Shown here: positions 36,645-45,994 of the stretch, one piece after another | Numbering within the stretch: the first letter of the stretch is position 1 | How the letters are laid out: every line of letters starts with the position of its first letter | Assembly: GCF_020622065.1 (NCBI RefSeq) | Contig: NZ_JAHRYQ010000002.1 | Coordinates: 234,232-298,231 of the forward strand | DNA: 64,000 nucleotides | Reading direction: 5' to 3' | Source of the DNA: Geothrix sp. | GTDB lineage: Bacteria > Acidobacteriota > Holophagae > Holophagales > Holophagaceae | Translations under genes and position numbers: made by a program | Notes under the pieces: model-generated | What the model saw: the letters and a program-made list of their open reading frames with translations, nothing else | The model's database searches: none | What the model was told of the DNA's origin: nothing

Positions 36645-36812
36645 CCCTTTCAACCAACCATCTTTACCAGCCCAACAGCCGTGAAAGTGGGGTGGGACTC
36701 CCGCCGGGGATCCCGGTTTCACTCGGGCGCAAGCCCCCGCGACTCGCGCGCCTGGCGCGCGTCGCGCGATCAACCTCCAGGCGCGAGGGGCTTGGCCCCC
36801 GGGAAGAAGGAC

Positions 36813-37016
36813 ATGTCCGAAGGTACCGTCAAGTGGTTCAACGCCGAGAAGGGTTTCGGCTTCATCACCCCCGATGAGGGTGGGCCCGACATCTTCGTCC
36901 ACTACTCCGCCGTGCAGACCAAGGGATTCCGTTCCCTGGACGAGAAGCAGCGCGTCAGCTTCGAGGTGGTGCAGGGCCCCAAGGGGCCTCAGGCCGCGAA
37001 TGTGAACAAGATCTGA
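36813..37016 (+). CDS. cold-shock protein (CspA family)
   Basis: [34 protein letters not shown] carries the RNP1 and RNP2 motifs. 67 aa. Confidence 0.95.
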   Translation: MSEGTVKWFNAEKGFGFITPDEGGPDIFVHYSAVQTKGFRSLDEKQRVSFEVVQGPKGPQAANVNKI

Positions 37017-37030
37017 ACCCGCCCCTTTTC

Positions 37031-37056
37031 CGAGCCCCGGTCCCGGCCGGGGCTCG
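37031..37056 (+). terminator. hairpin after csp
   Basis: cgagccccgg-tcccgg-ccggggctcg forms a 10-bp stem followed by TT. Confidence 0.5.
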
Positions 37057-37086
37057 TTGCGTACCCGTGTCGCGTACCATGGGCCC

Positions 37087-38766
37087 ATGCTCTCTGCGCG
37101 CCTCCGCCCGGTCCTGGGCCTCCTCCTGATCCTCCTGGTGGTCGTCCTTTCCGTGGAAGGCTTCCGGCAGGAGCCCCGGTTCGGGTGGATCCTGACGGGA
37201 ACCCTCATCGCCGGGGTGTGGCTGGGCTGGGCCATCCGGCAGGTCTGGATCTATCCGACCGTCCTGGCCCGGGCCGAGATTCTGTGGAGTGCGGGCGAGC
37301 CGGCCTCGTCCGTGGCGGAATGCCTGGACCGGGCCCCCCTGGCCACCGGGGAGCTGGGCTACCGCATCCACCTCCTCCGCAGCGCCGCCCATCAGGCACT
37401 CGGCTACCGAGACCGGGCCTGGCTGGATCTCCTGGAGGGGCAGTTGTCCCGCGTGCCGCGGTGGAAGCGCCTCGAGGTGGCGCGGGCTTTCCGCAAGGTT
37501 CCGGACCTTCCCTCGGCGCGCCGCCTCGCCTGGGGCGAGCGCCTCATCCGGCTGGCTCCCCGCATGGCGCGGCTACGCCACCTGCAGGGCATCCTCCTGC
37601 TCCGGTCTGGCGGGGCCGAGGCGCTGCACCAGGCCTGGGCCCACTTCGAAGCCGCCCTGCCGCTGGCCTGGGACGATCCCCTGGTCCTCGACGATCTGAT
37701 GCTGGCCGGCCTGCAGCATGGCCGCGAGGATGTGGCCGAGCGGGCCCTGGCCGTGCTCATGGCCCGCCACGGTGATCCGCGCCTGCCTTGGGATCGCGGG
37801 GCCGCCGGCATGCACCTGCTGCGCAGCGGCCACCCCGCCGAAGCCCTGGCCCTCATCCAGGCCCTGCCTCCGGAGCGGCGCACGCAGCCCCAGCACTGGC
37901 TGGTGGAGAGCATCTCCCGGCGCCGGCTCGGAGATCTCGAAGGTTCCTGGCAGGTGGCCGAAGCCGCGGTCCGCCAGCTTCCGGAGGCCTTCCGCCTCTG
38001 GATGGAGCGTCACCAGATCGCGCTGGAACTCCGCCGCGACGACGAGGCGCTCCGCAGCCTGGAGCGGGCCTGGAAGGTCATCCCGGGCGGCGCCGAGGGG
38101 GAATCCCTCCGGCAGGAATGGCAGCTCCGGCGAGCCGAGTTCGCCTTCTGGTGGGAGGACCAGCCGGACCTGGCGAAGTCGCTTCTCGAGAAGCTTCCGC
38201 CAGAACAGCAGGGCCCTCACCACCCGCCCCTCCTCCTGCAGGTCGAGGTGGCCCTGGGCGAGTACGAAACCGCCTACGCCGAGGTGATCAACCTCCTCAA
38301 AGCCGAGCCCGGCAACCCGGAGCTCCTGCTGCTCCAGGCGGACTGCCTGGCGGGCATGGAGACCTGGGAAGCCCTGCTGCCCTACCTGAACGGCCTGGGC
38401 GAGGCCTGCCGGGAATACCCGGCCTTCTGGCACCTGCGGGGCCTGGCCCAGGCCAACCTGGGCGATCACCTGCCGGCCCGCCTCGATCTCGAGCGCGCCG
38501 TCCGCCTGGATCCCCAGCACCTGAGGTACCTGCTGGATGCGGGCCACGGCTGTGCCGAGCTGGGGGACTGGGACCGTGCCGAGGGCCACTGGCGCCAGGC
38601 CCTGCAAGTCGATGGCCGGTCCGAGGAGGCCCTCATCCACCTGGCCGAGGCGCGGCGGGAACTGGAGGACCTCGACGGTGCCCGCCGCTACCTGCGCGAA
38701 TGCCTGCTGCACCACCCCGACAGCGCGGACGCGCAGGCACGGCTGGCCGAGCTGGAGGCCAACTGA
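37087..38766 (+). CDS. membrane-anchored TPR-repeat protein
   Basis: N-terminal TM (PVLGLLLILLVVVLSV, then a second hydrophobic segment), followed by multiple TPR-like A/L/W-rich 34-mers through to ...DSADAQARLAELEAN. Confidence 0.7.
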   Translation: MLSARLRPVLGLLLILLVVVLSVEGFRQEPRFGWILTGTLIAGVWLGWAIRQVWIYPTVLARAEILWSAGEPASSVAECLDRAPLATGELGYRIHLLRSAAHQALGYRDRAWLDLLEGQLSRVPRWKRLEVARAFRKVPDLPSARRLAWGERLIRLAPRMARLRHLQGILLLRSGGAEALHQAWAHFEAALPLAWDDPLVLDDLMLAGLQHGREDVAERALAVLMARHGDPRLPWDRGAAGMHLLRSGHPAEALALIQALPPERRTQPQHWLVESISRRRLGDLEGSWQVAEAAVRQLPEAFRLWMERHQIALELRRDDEALRSLERAWKVIPGGAEGESLRQEWQLRRAEFAFWWEDQPDLAKSLLEKLPPEQQGPHHPPLLLQVEVALGEYETAYAEVINLLKAEPGNPELLLLQADCLAGMETWEALLPYLNGLGEACREYPAFWHLRGLAQANLGDHLPARLDLERAVRLDPQHLRYLLDAGHGCAELGDWDRAEGHWRQALQVDGRSEEALIHLAEARRELEDLDGARRYLRECLLHHPDSADAQARLAELEAN

Positions 38767-38770
38767 ACCT

Positions 38771-39874
38771 TCAGACGGGTTTCAGGCTCCTGAGCAGGGC
38801 CAGCTTGCTGTCGTAGCGGGATTGCGCTTCGGGGAGGGACCACTTCCGCGCCTTCTCCAGGGCCTTGATGGCATCCTTCGTCTGTCCCTGGGCCAGGCAC
38901 ACCCGGGCCTGGATCAGGTAGAACTCGGGCTCCCGGGGCAGGAGCTTGATGGCCTGCTTGATGCGCTTCTCCGCCTCGCTCCATTGATCATCGGCCAGCG
39001 CCTCCTCAGCCAGGAAGGCATTGAAGAACGGGTCGCGCTTGCGGATCTCCAGCCCCCGCTCCCGGAAGCGGCGGGCCTCCTCCTCCCGCCCCTGGGCGCG
39101 CATGAGGTTTTCCATGTTCCCGCAGGGCGCACCATCCCGGGGATCGACCTCCAGGGCCTTCCGGAATGAGACCTCCGCCTCCTTGTCCTGATCCTTGGCC
39201 CGCTGGACGACCCCCAGGATGTTCCAGCCCACGCCAAGGCCAGGGTCCACCTCGATCGAGTGGTGCGCGTAGTGCAGGGCCTCCTCCGGTTTGCCTTCGG
39301 CCAGCAGCTCCACGGCGCGGTTGCTGTGGAAGAGGGCCACCACCCGCTTGGGCTCGAGGGATGCAATGAGCTGGGAATCCCGGCGGACTTCCGGCAGGAA
39401 ATCGGCGACGAGCTCCTGGCCGATGGTGCCGGTCGGCACCACGGCCACCACATGGCGTTCGTAGCGGACGGTGGTGCCCACCCGCCGCCAGCGGCTGACC
39501 CGGAGCGACTCGCCGTAGCGGGCCTCGAGACCGATGGAGCGGCAGGCCGCCACATAGAGCGCGGTCAGGGAGAGGCAGTTCGCCTTGCGGTCCCGCCAGG
39601 CCTCGACAGGCGTCCTCGTGTAGGCATTGTCGTAGACGATGCCCAGGCCCCCCTCCTCCGGCGGGGCGAAGAAGGCCTTGAGCAGGGCCGAGACCTTCGC
39701 CGAGACCCCCATCTGGCCGATGGTGTGCTGACGCGCGAAGGTCTGCAGCTCCGGAGGCGCCTCGAAGGGATCCTCTCCGCCGACCAGCAACGCGGCTCCC
39801 AGCAGGAGGGGCAGAATTCGCAGGCGCACAGGGGACCTCCCGGCACAACATAGGTCTACGGACAGGAAGTTCAA
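38771..39874 (-). CDS. transglutaminase-like cysteine protease domain fused to TPR repeats
   Basis: Signal-like N-terminus, RKANCLSLTALYVAACRSIG (Cys), ...RHVVAVV (His), then TPR repeats (AEVSFRKALEVDP..., QAIKLLPREPEFYLIQA...). Confidence 0.65.
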   Translation of the reverse strand: MNFLSVDLCCAGRSPVRLRILPLLLGAALLVGGEDPFEAPPELQTFARQHTIGQMGVSAKVSALLKAFFAPPEEGGLGIVYDNAYTRTPVEAWRDRKANCLSLTALYVAACRSIGLEARYGESLRVSRWRRVGTTVRYERHVVAVVPTGTIGQELVADFLPEVRRDSQLIASLEPKRVVALFHSNRAVELLAEGKPEEALHYAHHSIEVDPGLGVGWNILGVVQRAKDQDKEAEVSFRKALEVDPRDGAPCGNMENLMRAQGREEEARRFRERGLEIRKRDPFFNAFLAEEALADDQWSEAEKRIKQAIKLLPREPEFYLIQARVCLAQGQTKDAIKALEKARKWSLPEAQSRYDSKLALLRSLKPV

Positions 39875-39908
39875 CGGGTTATGAGATGCTGATGAGCTCG
39901 GAGGGATT

Positions 39909-40829
39909 ATGCCGAATCCAAGCGCCGTCGTGTGTGCCTATTCCAGCGTGGGGACCGCCGCGCTCGAGGGGCTGCTCGAGGCCGGCATCGAGGTAAAGGC
40001 CCTGTACACCTATGCCCAGGGCCCCGACGAGCTGTGGTTCACCCCCCCCGCGGCCGTGGCCCGAGCCCAGGGCATTCCCGTCCACCTGGCCCCCGCCTTC
40101 AACGACGATGGCGTCTTCGAGTCCATCCGCGCGCTCAGTCCCGATTTCCTGTTCAGTTTCTACTTCCGGGAAATGATCCAGGCCCGGTTCCTCGAGCTGC
40201 CACGGCTGGGTGCCTATAATCTGCACGGCAGCCTCCTGCCGAAATACCGGGGCCGAGCCCCACTCAACTGGGTGCTGGTAAAGGGCGAGACGGAAACCGG
40301 CATCACCCTCCACGCCATGACCCCCAAGCCCGACGACGGCCACATCGTGGCCCAGGCCCGGTTGCCCATCGACTGGGACGAGACCGCCCTCAGCCTCACC
40401 CTGAAGGCTGCGGACGCCGGGCGGGACCTGGTGCGCGGAGCCATTCCCGGATTGGTGGACGGGAGCATCGCCCGCCTCGATCAGAAGACCCTTGGCCCCT
40501 CCACCTACTTCGGAGGGCGCAAGCCCGCGGATTCCAGGCTGGCGTTCACCATGGGCGTGCAGGAGGCCTTCAACCAGATCCGCGCCGTGGCTGACCCCTG
40601 GCCCAACGCCTTCCTCGAAACGGGCCGCGGCACCGTCAAGGTGGCCTGGGCCCTGCCCAGCCACGAGGTCTGCCCCGCCGGCCACTTCCGCCTGACGCGG
40701 GATGGCGTGCTGGTGGGCTTCGCCGATGGCGCGCTCAGCCTCCGCACCCTCCGGAGGGACGGCCTGCGGGTGGAACGGCCCACTGAGCAGGCGGAAATGC
40801 TCCGAGACCTGGGCCTTCCAGAGGCCTGA
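39909..40829 (+). CDS. formyltransferase-family protein (Fmt/ArnA N-terminal-domain-like)
   Basis: NLHGSLLPKYRGRAPLNWVLVKGETETGITLH...DDG is the formyl_trans_N signature with catalytic N-H-D context. Confidence 0.75.
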   Translation: MPNPSAVVCAYSSVGTAALEGLLEAGIEVKALYTYAQGPDELWFTPPAAVARAQGIPVHLAPAFNDDGVFESIRALSPDFLFSFYFREMIQARFLELPRLGAYNLHGSLLPKYRGRAPLNWVLVKGETETGITLHAMTPKPDDGHIVAQARLPIDWDETALSLTLKAADAGRDLVRGAIPGLVDGSIARLDQKTLGPSTYFGGRKPADSRLAFTMGVQEAFNQIRAVADPWPNAFLETGRGTVKVAWALPSHEVCPAGHFRLTRDGVLVGFADGALSLRTLRRDGLRVERPTEQAEMLRDLGLPEA

Positions 40830-40922
40830 TCCCCCCGCCCGGGGCCATAACCCGCGTCACGCGGCATTCGTCGGGGTTGCGGCTTCTGGATATCCTGTCG
40901 GCCCCACCCCCCAGGAGCCTTC

Positions 40923-41981
40923 ATGCGCAGCGTGATCACCGGAACCGGCGTCGGCCTGCCCACCCATGTCGTCACCAACGCCGCCCTGGCCGGGATCATG
41001 GACACCTCGGACGAGTGGATCCGCACCCGCAGCGGCATTCAGGAGCGCCGCTACGCGGAATCGGGCCAGGGCTCCACCGATCTCGGGGTGCTGGCGGCCC
41101 GGGCCGCCATCGCCAAGGCGGGCCTGGGCGTCGAGGAGATCGACGCGGTCATCTTCGCCACCATGACGCCGGACCACCTCCTTCCGGGCAACGGCCCGCT
41201 GCTGCAGACGGCGCTGGGCCTCCGCACCACCCTGCCCACCTTCGACCTCCGGCAGCAGTGCAGCGGCTTCCTCTATGGCCTGGAACTGGCCGACCTCCTC
41301 ATCCAGAGCGGCCGGTACCGCCGCATCCTCCTGGTGGGCGCCGAGGTGCATACGGCCTTCATGCCCTGGCACCTGGGTTGGGACACCCTGATCGGCCAGT
41401 CCACCCGGGAAGTCACCGCAGCGGAGAAGACGGAGAACACCGCCAGCCGCGACCGCACCGTCCTCTTCGGGGACGGCGCCGGGGCGGTGGTGATCGAGGC
41501 CCGGGAGGGCCAAGCCGGGCTCCTGAAGACCCGGCTCTTCACCGATGGCACCGGCGCGGGCGTGCTCACCATGACGGGGGTCAGCTTCAAGCGGCGCCCC
41601 TTCGTGAGCATCGAGCAGATCCAGGCCGGCGAGACCCTCCCCGTCATGTCCGGCAAGGAGGTCTTCAAGGCCGCCGTGACCCTCATGCCGCAGGCGGTGC
41701 GCCAGGTCTGCGCGGAGGCCGGGATGGCCGTGGAGGCTCTGGACCTGGTGCTGGTCCACCAGGCCAACCTCCGCATCATCGAAGGCGTGCAGAAGGCCCT
41801 GGGCCTGCCACCGGAACGGGTGCCGCACAACATCGAGCGCTACGGCAACACCACCGCCGCCACCCTGCCCATCCTCTTCCATGAGTGCCAGGAGGACGGA
41901 CGGATCCAGCCCGGCATGCGGGTGGCCTTCACCGCGCTGGGATCCGGCCTGCACTGGGGGGCGGCGCTCTACCAAGCCTGA
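40923..41981 (+). CDS. 3-oxoacyl-ACP synthase III family protein (FabH-like)
   Basis: TSDEWIRTRSGIQERR, active-site QQCSGF, VHQANLRII and RYGNTTAAT. It has a ~25-aa insertion relative to E. coli FabH before FGDGAGA. Confidence 0.85.
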   Translation: MRSVITGTGVGLPTHVVTNAALAGIMDTSDEWIRTRSGIQERRYAESGQGSTDLGVLAARAAIAKAGLGVEEIDAVIFATMTPDHLLPGNGPLLQTALGLRTTLPTFDLRQQCSGFLYGLELADLLIQSGRYRRILLVGAEVHTAFMPWHLGWDTLIGQSTREVTAAEKTENTASRDRTVLFGDGAGAVVIEAREGQAGLLKTRLFTDGTGAGVLTMTGVSFKRRPFVSIEQIQAGETLPVMSGKEVFKAAVTLMPQAVRQVCAEAGMAVEALDLVLVHQANLRIIEGVQKALGLPPERVPHNIERYGNTTAATLPILFHECQEDGRIQPGMRVAFTALGSGLHWGAALYQA

Positions 41982-42010
41982 TTGCGCGCCCGTCGAGCCA
42001 GGGCTAGAAT
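41982..42010 (+). promoter_or_regulatory. putative promoter (-35 TTGCGC, 17 bp, -10 TAGAAT) upstream of the PepSY gene
   Basis: Hexamers and spacing were read directly. Confidence 0.35.
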
Positions 42011-42031
42011 CCTGGAAACTCCGGAGTCCCC

Positions 42032-42388
42032 ATGCGTTTCCGCCCCCTGGCCCTCGGCGCCGCCCTGGCGCTGATCCCCGCCCTCATCCTGTCCGCCGGC
42101 ACTCCTAAATCCCGCAAGCATTCGGGGGGCCCCGTGAAGACTGCCGGGGAAGCCAAGGCCATCGCCGAGCGGGAAACGGGCGGCAGGGCCGTTCATGCCC
42201 GCCGCATCTCCCTGAACGGCGCTTCCAGCGGCTGGGAGGTGGACTTGCGGATGCCGAACGAGGACCGCGGCTGGCGGTGCATCATCGACTCGGACACGCA
42301 CATGGTCCACAGCAAGGCGCGCATCGACCAGCCAGGCGCCAGATCCAAGGCGGACGGCCCGGTGCGCATGGTCAAGGGGAGCCGCTGA
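42032..42388 (+). CDS. small secreted PepSY-domain protein
   Basis: Signal peptide MRFRPLALGAALALIPALILSA, then ...AKAIAERETGGRAVHARRISLNGASSGWEVDL, which is PepSY-like. Confidence 0.6.
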   Translation: MRFRPLALGAALALIPALILSAGTPKSRKHSGGPVKTAGEAKAIAERETGGRAVHARRISLNGASSGWEVDLRMPNEDRGWRCIIDSDTHMVHSKARIDQPGARSKADGPVRMVKGSR

Positions 42389-42505
42389 AGGAGGCTCCCC
42401 GACCCGCGGCGACCGTTCGCCGGTTTTTCCCGCCCGGAGCCCTGCCCTGCTTGACAGCCCGGCCTAGAATCGTACCTGCGGCCAATGCCGCGAGGAGAAC
42501 GACAC

Positions 42506-43561
42506 ATGGGTCTGATGGACTGGGGCAAAGCCCAATTCCTGGACATTCTTGAGTGGCTTGACGATTCCAACGACACGCTGGCTTGGCGCTTCCCCATGCG
42601 GGGCCAGGAGATCCAGAACGGCGGCAAGCTCGTCGTGCGGGAAAGCCAGGAGGCCGTCTTCGTCAACGAGGGCCAGCTGGCGGATGTGTTCAAGCCCGGC
42701 ACGCACAACCTCACCACCCAGAACCTGCCCATCCTCGCCACCCTGAAGGGCTGGAAGTACGGCTTCGAGAGCCCCTTCAAGAGCGATGTCTACTTCATCT
42801 CCACCAAGCTCTACAACGACCTGAAGTGGGGCACCTCGAACCCGATCATGATGCGCGACGCCGACTTCGGCATGCTGCGCATCCGGGCCTTCGGGATCTA
42901 CTCCATCAAGGTGGTGGACAGCGGCACCTTCCTCAAGCAGCTGGTAGGCACCAACGGCGTCTACACCGTGCCCGACATCAGCGAGCAGCTCCGCAAGACC
43001 ATCATGAGCCGCTTCACGGACACCCTGGGCGAATCCAAGATTCCCGCCCTGGACCTGGCCGCGAAGTACGACGAGATCTCCGACCTCGTGAAGCAGAAGC
43101 TGCAGGACGAGTTCAAGACCATGGGCCTTGAGCTCTCCAAGTTCTTCGTGGAGAACATCAGCCTTCCCGAGGAAGTGGAAGCCATGATGGACAAGCGCAC
43201 GGGCGTGGGCATGATGGCTCCCGTCATGGGCGCCTACACGCAGATGCAGGTGGCCGACAGCATCCCCCTCGCGGCCCAGAACCCCGGCGGCGTCGCCGGC
43301 ATGGGTATGGGCGTGGGCCTGGGCTTTGGCATGGGCAACATGATGGGGCAGCAGATGACCGGCGCCGCCCAGCAGATGAGCCAGCAGGGATTCCCGGCGG
43401 GCAATGCCCCCGCGGCCCCTGCGGCATCCATGGCTCCCGCGAAGTCCTTGAAAGAGGAACTCACCGAGCTCAAGGAGCTTTTCGACGGCCAGCTCATCAC
43501 TCAGGCCGAATACGACACCCAGCGCGCCGCGGTCATGAAGAAGTTCGGCATGGGGAATTGA
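42506..43561 (+). CDS. SPFH-domain protein (YdjI / virion-core-like) with Gly/Met-rich linker and C-terminal SHOCT domain
   Basis: FLDILEWLDDSNDTLAWRFP...QNGGKLVVRESQEAVFVNEGQ is typical of this family. The C-terminus is LKELFDGQLITQAEYDTQRAAVMKKF (SHOCT). Start refined to ATG 42506 (GAGGAG upstream). Confidence 0.75.
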   Translation: MGLMDWGKAQFLDILEWLDDSNDTLAWRFPMRGQEIQNGGKLVVRESQEAVFVNEGQLADVFKPGTHNLTTQNLPILATLKGWKYGFESPFKSDVYFISTKLYNDLKWGTSNPIMMRDADFGMLRIRAFGIYSIKVVDSGTFLKQLVGTNGVYTVPDISEQLRKTIMSRFTDTLGESKIPALDLAAKYDEISDLVKQKLQDEFKTMGLELSKFFVENISLPEEVEAMMDKRTGVGMMAPVMGAYTQMQVADSIPLAAQNPGGVAGMGMGVGLGFGMGNMMGQQMTGAAQQMSQQGFPAGNAPAAPAASMAPAKSLKEELTELKELFDGQLITQAEYDTQRAAVMKKFGMGN

Positions 43562-43589
43562 GACTCCAGTCTTAAGTCTTCAGGTAACG

Positions 43590-43621
43590 GAAGAAAGGGC
43601 GGCTTCGGCCGCCCTTTCTTC
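43590..43621. terminator. bidirectional terminator hairpin between convergent genes
   Basis: gaagaaagggcggc-ttcg-gccgccctttcttc forms a 14-bp perfect stem with T/A-rich flanks. Confidence 0.6.
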
Positions 43622-43652
43622 AAGACTGAAGGCTTCGGACTGAAGCCCCCCC

Positions 43653-44594
43653 TTAGTGGTGGTGGTCCGCTTCCGCATCGTGCTGGTGGATGAACCGGTG
43701 GTGATGGCGATCCGCCATGTCCCGGGTCTCGAAGTGCACCGTGAGGTGGCGGACGCCGTGCCGTTCCCACAGCAGGCGCTCGATGCGCTCCAGGAACGCC
43801 TCCGTGTCCTCCAGCCGGTCAGTGGCCACGATGATGTGGGCCGAGGCGATGGTGAGGTGGCTGCACATCTTCCAACTGCGGAAGTCCTCCACTCCGAGGA
43901 CGCCCGGGAGCGCCATCAATTCGGCCTTCACCGCCTCGTGCTCGAAGGCGGCGCGGTGCATGAGGATGCCCACCGCGTCGCGGAGGAGGAGCACCGCCCC
44001 CCGCAGGATGACCCCCAGGATCACCAGGGCGATGGCGGGATCCACCCAGCGCCAGCCCGTGAGGCGGATGAGGATCATGCTCACCACCAGGGAGACGCTG
44101 GTGAGGCTGTCGGCGAAGGCGTGCGTGTAGGCCGCCCGCAGGCTGGCATCGCGCTCCAGCAGGCTGCGATCACGCGGTACCAGCACCACCGTGGCCGCGA
44201 TGTTCAATAAGAGGCCGATGCCCGAGAACACCAGCACCCAGCCGGTCTGGATGGGCACAGGATGGCGGAAGCGGGCCAGGGCCTCCCAGCCCACCGCCCC
44301 CGCCAGGAACAGGAGGAACCCCACACCCACCAGGCTGTTGAAGACTTCGAGACGATGCCAGCCGAAGGTCCACCGGTCATCGGGAGCCCGCCGGTTGGCC
44401 AGCCAGAGGCTCAGAATCCCGAGGCTGTTCACCAGCACATCATTCAGGTTCTCCAGGCTGTCGCTGACCAGGCCGATGGAACCCGTCCAGAGGCCGCCCA
44501 CGCCCTGAAGGACGAAGCTCACGAAGAAGATCGCCGCGCTCCAGGCCAGGCGGCCCGTGGTGCTGGGCCCATGCTCGTGGGAGCCGGCCATCAT
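43653..44594 (-). CDS. cation diffusion facilitator (CDF) family metal efflux transporter
   Basis: SDSLENLNDV and HAFADSLTS (CDF TM2/TM5 metal-site motifs) with a His-rich tail HHHRFIHQHDAEADHHH. ATG 44594 overlaps the upstream TGA (ATGA). Confidence 0.85.
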   Translation of the reverse strand: MMAGSHEHGPSTTGRLAWSAAIFFVSFVLQGVGGLWTGSIGLVSDSLENLNDVLVNSLGILSLWLANRRAPDDRWTFGWHRLEVFNSLVGVGFLLFLAGAVGWEALARFRHPVPIQTGWVLVFSGIGLLLNIAATVVLVPRDRSLLERDASLRAAYTHAFADSLTSVSLVVSMILIRLTGWRWVDPAIALVILGVILRGAVLLLRDAVGILMHRAAFEHEAVKAELMALPGVLGVEDFRSWKMCSHLTIASAHIIVATDRLEDTEAFLERIERLLWERHGVRHLTVHFETRDMADRHHHRFIHQHDAEADHHH

Positions 44595-45376
44595 CGGCCC
44601 CGGTACTGGGGCCTGCGCTTCTCGCGGAAGGCGGCCAGTCCCTCCAGGCGATCCTGGGTGGGGATCACCTGGGCGTAGCAGGCCTGCTCGAATGCAAGGC
44701 CGGCGCCCAGGTCCAGACCCTGCCCCCGGTTCACGGCGAGCTTGGCCATGCGGACGGCCACCGGGCCGTTGGGCAGGATCTCCCGGGCCAGCGCCAGCGC
44801 CGAGTCCAGGGCTTGCCCCGCGGGGACCACCCGGTCCACCATGCCCAGACGCCCGGCTTCCTCGGCGCCGAGGCGCCGGGCCGTGAAGATCAATTCCTTG
44901 GCCCGGGCTGCCCCGATGAGCCGAGGCAGGCGCTGAGTGCCCCCGGCGCCCGGGATGATGGCCAGGGCCGTCTCCACGAGGCCCAGCCTGGCATCGGCCC
45001 CGGCGATGCGGAGATCCGCACACAGGGCCAGCTCCAGTCCACCGCCGAAGGCCGCACCTTCCAGGGCGGCGACCACCGGCATGGGCAGATCCGCCAGCCC
45101 CGAGAAGGCCGAGCGCAGGCCCTGAACGAAGACCGCCACCTCGGCAGGGGTCATCTCGGCCCGCTCTTTCAGGTCTGCCCCTGCGCAGAACACCCCGGGC
45201 ACGAGGCTGTGCAGGACCACGACCCGGACCGAAGCGTCAGAGCCCAGGTCTGCCAGGGCCTGCCGGAACTCCGCCATGAGCTGGCGGCCCAGGGCATTCT
45301 TGGCAGCGGGGCGGTCCAGGCCCAGAAGGACGATGCCCGCATCCGCCCCTGCCAGGTGTTCGAGGCGGACCTCCAT
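44591..45376 (-). CDS. enoyl-CoA hydratase/isomerase (crotonase) family protein
   Basis: RPAAKNALG..., FCAGADLKER and AALEGAAFGGGLELALCADLRIA. Confidence 0.85.
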   Translation of the reverse strand: MEVRLEHLAGADAGIVLLGLDRPAAKNALGRQLMAEFRQALADLGSDASVRVVVLHSLVPGVFCAGADLKERAEMTPAEVAVFVQGLRSAFSGLADLPMPVVAALEGAAFGGGLELALCADLRIAGADARLGLVETALAIIPGAGGTQRLPRLIGAARAKELIFTARRLGAEEAGRLGMVDRVVPAGQALDSALALAREILPNGPVAVRMAKLAVNRGQGLDLGAGLAFEQACYAQVIPTQDRLEGLAAFREKRRPQYRGR

Positions 45377-45588
45377 CAGCCCAGCTCGACGATTGGGTCC
45401 CCTTCGTTGAGGAACTGGTCGGGGGTCACGAAGACCTTCTGGACCGTGCCCTCCTCGGGGCTGCCCACGGGAATCTGCATCTTCATCGACTCGATGATGA
45501 CCAGGTCCTGGTCCTCGTTCACCGCATCGCCTGCCGCGACGCAGACCTCCAGAACCTTCCCCGCCATCTCGGCACGCACTACAGCCAT
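45376..45588 (-). CDS. stand-alone biotinyl (biotin carboxyl carrier-like) domain protein, 70 aa
   Basis: VIIESMKMQIPV carries the E(A/S)MKM biotinylation motif. Its stop overlaps the crotonase start by 1 nt. Confidence 0.8.
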   Translation of the reverse strand: MAVVRAEMAGKVLEVCVAAGDAVNEDQDLVIIESMKMQIPVGSPEEGTVQKVFVTPDQFLNEGDPIVELG

Positions 45589-45627
45589 TCAGTCACCTCA
45601 TGAGGACGATGGCTCCAGTCTACCCGG

Positions 45628-45864
45628 CTACTCGTCCTTGTCGGTGTCGCCGATGACCACCAGGTCGTCGTCCTCGTAGGCGAAGTCGCCCTCCTCGATG
45701 AGGATCTCTCGGACCTTCCCGCATTCGGGGGCATTGATGTAGAAGGAGGTGCGGGAGGAGTCCGTGCCCTCAAGGATCAAGAGGGGCTCGTCCTCTTCCA
45801 CTTCCTGGCCGGGGCGGACGAGTACATCCACCACATAGCCCGGCCATTCCGCCCGCACGATCAT
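45628..45864 (-). CDS. biotin/lipoyl-like hybrid-barrel domain protein lacking the modifiable Lys, 78 aa
   Basis: [60 protein letters not shown] has the same fold pattern as the neighbour, but MKM is replaced by GTDSSRTSF. Start refined to ATG 45864. Confidence 0.55.
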   Translation of the reverse strand: MIVRAEWPGYVVDVLVRPGQEVEEDEPLLILEGTDSSRTSFYINAPECGKVREILIEEGDFAYEDDDLVVIGDTDKDE

Positions 45865-45994
45865 GCTGCCTCCCCGTCTTCGCTCCACGACCTTGGCGGG
45901 GAGAGTATGGCGCCCTGCGGCCCCGCGCAAGTCCCGGAAGCCGTTCTTTTCGTCACATCTGCTCTCTGAGATACTGAAAGGCTTGGAGGATGGA

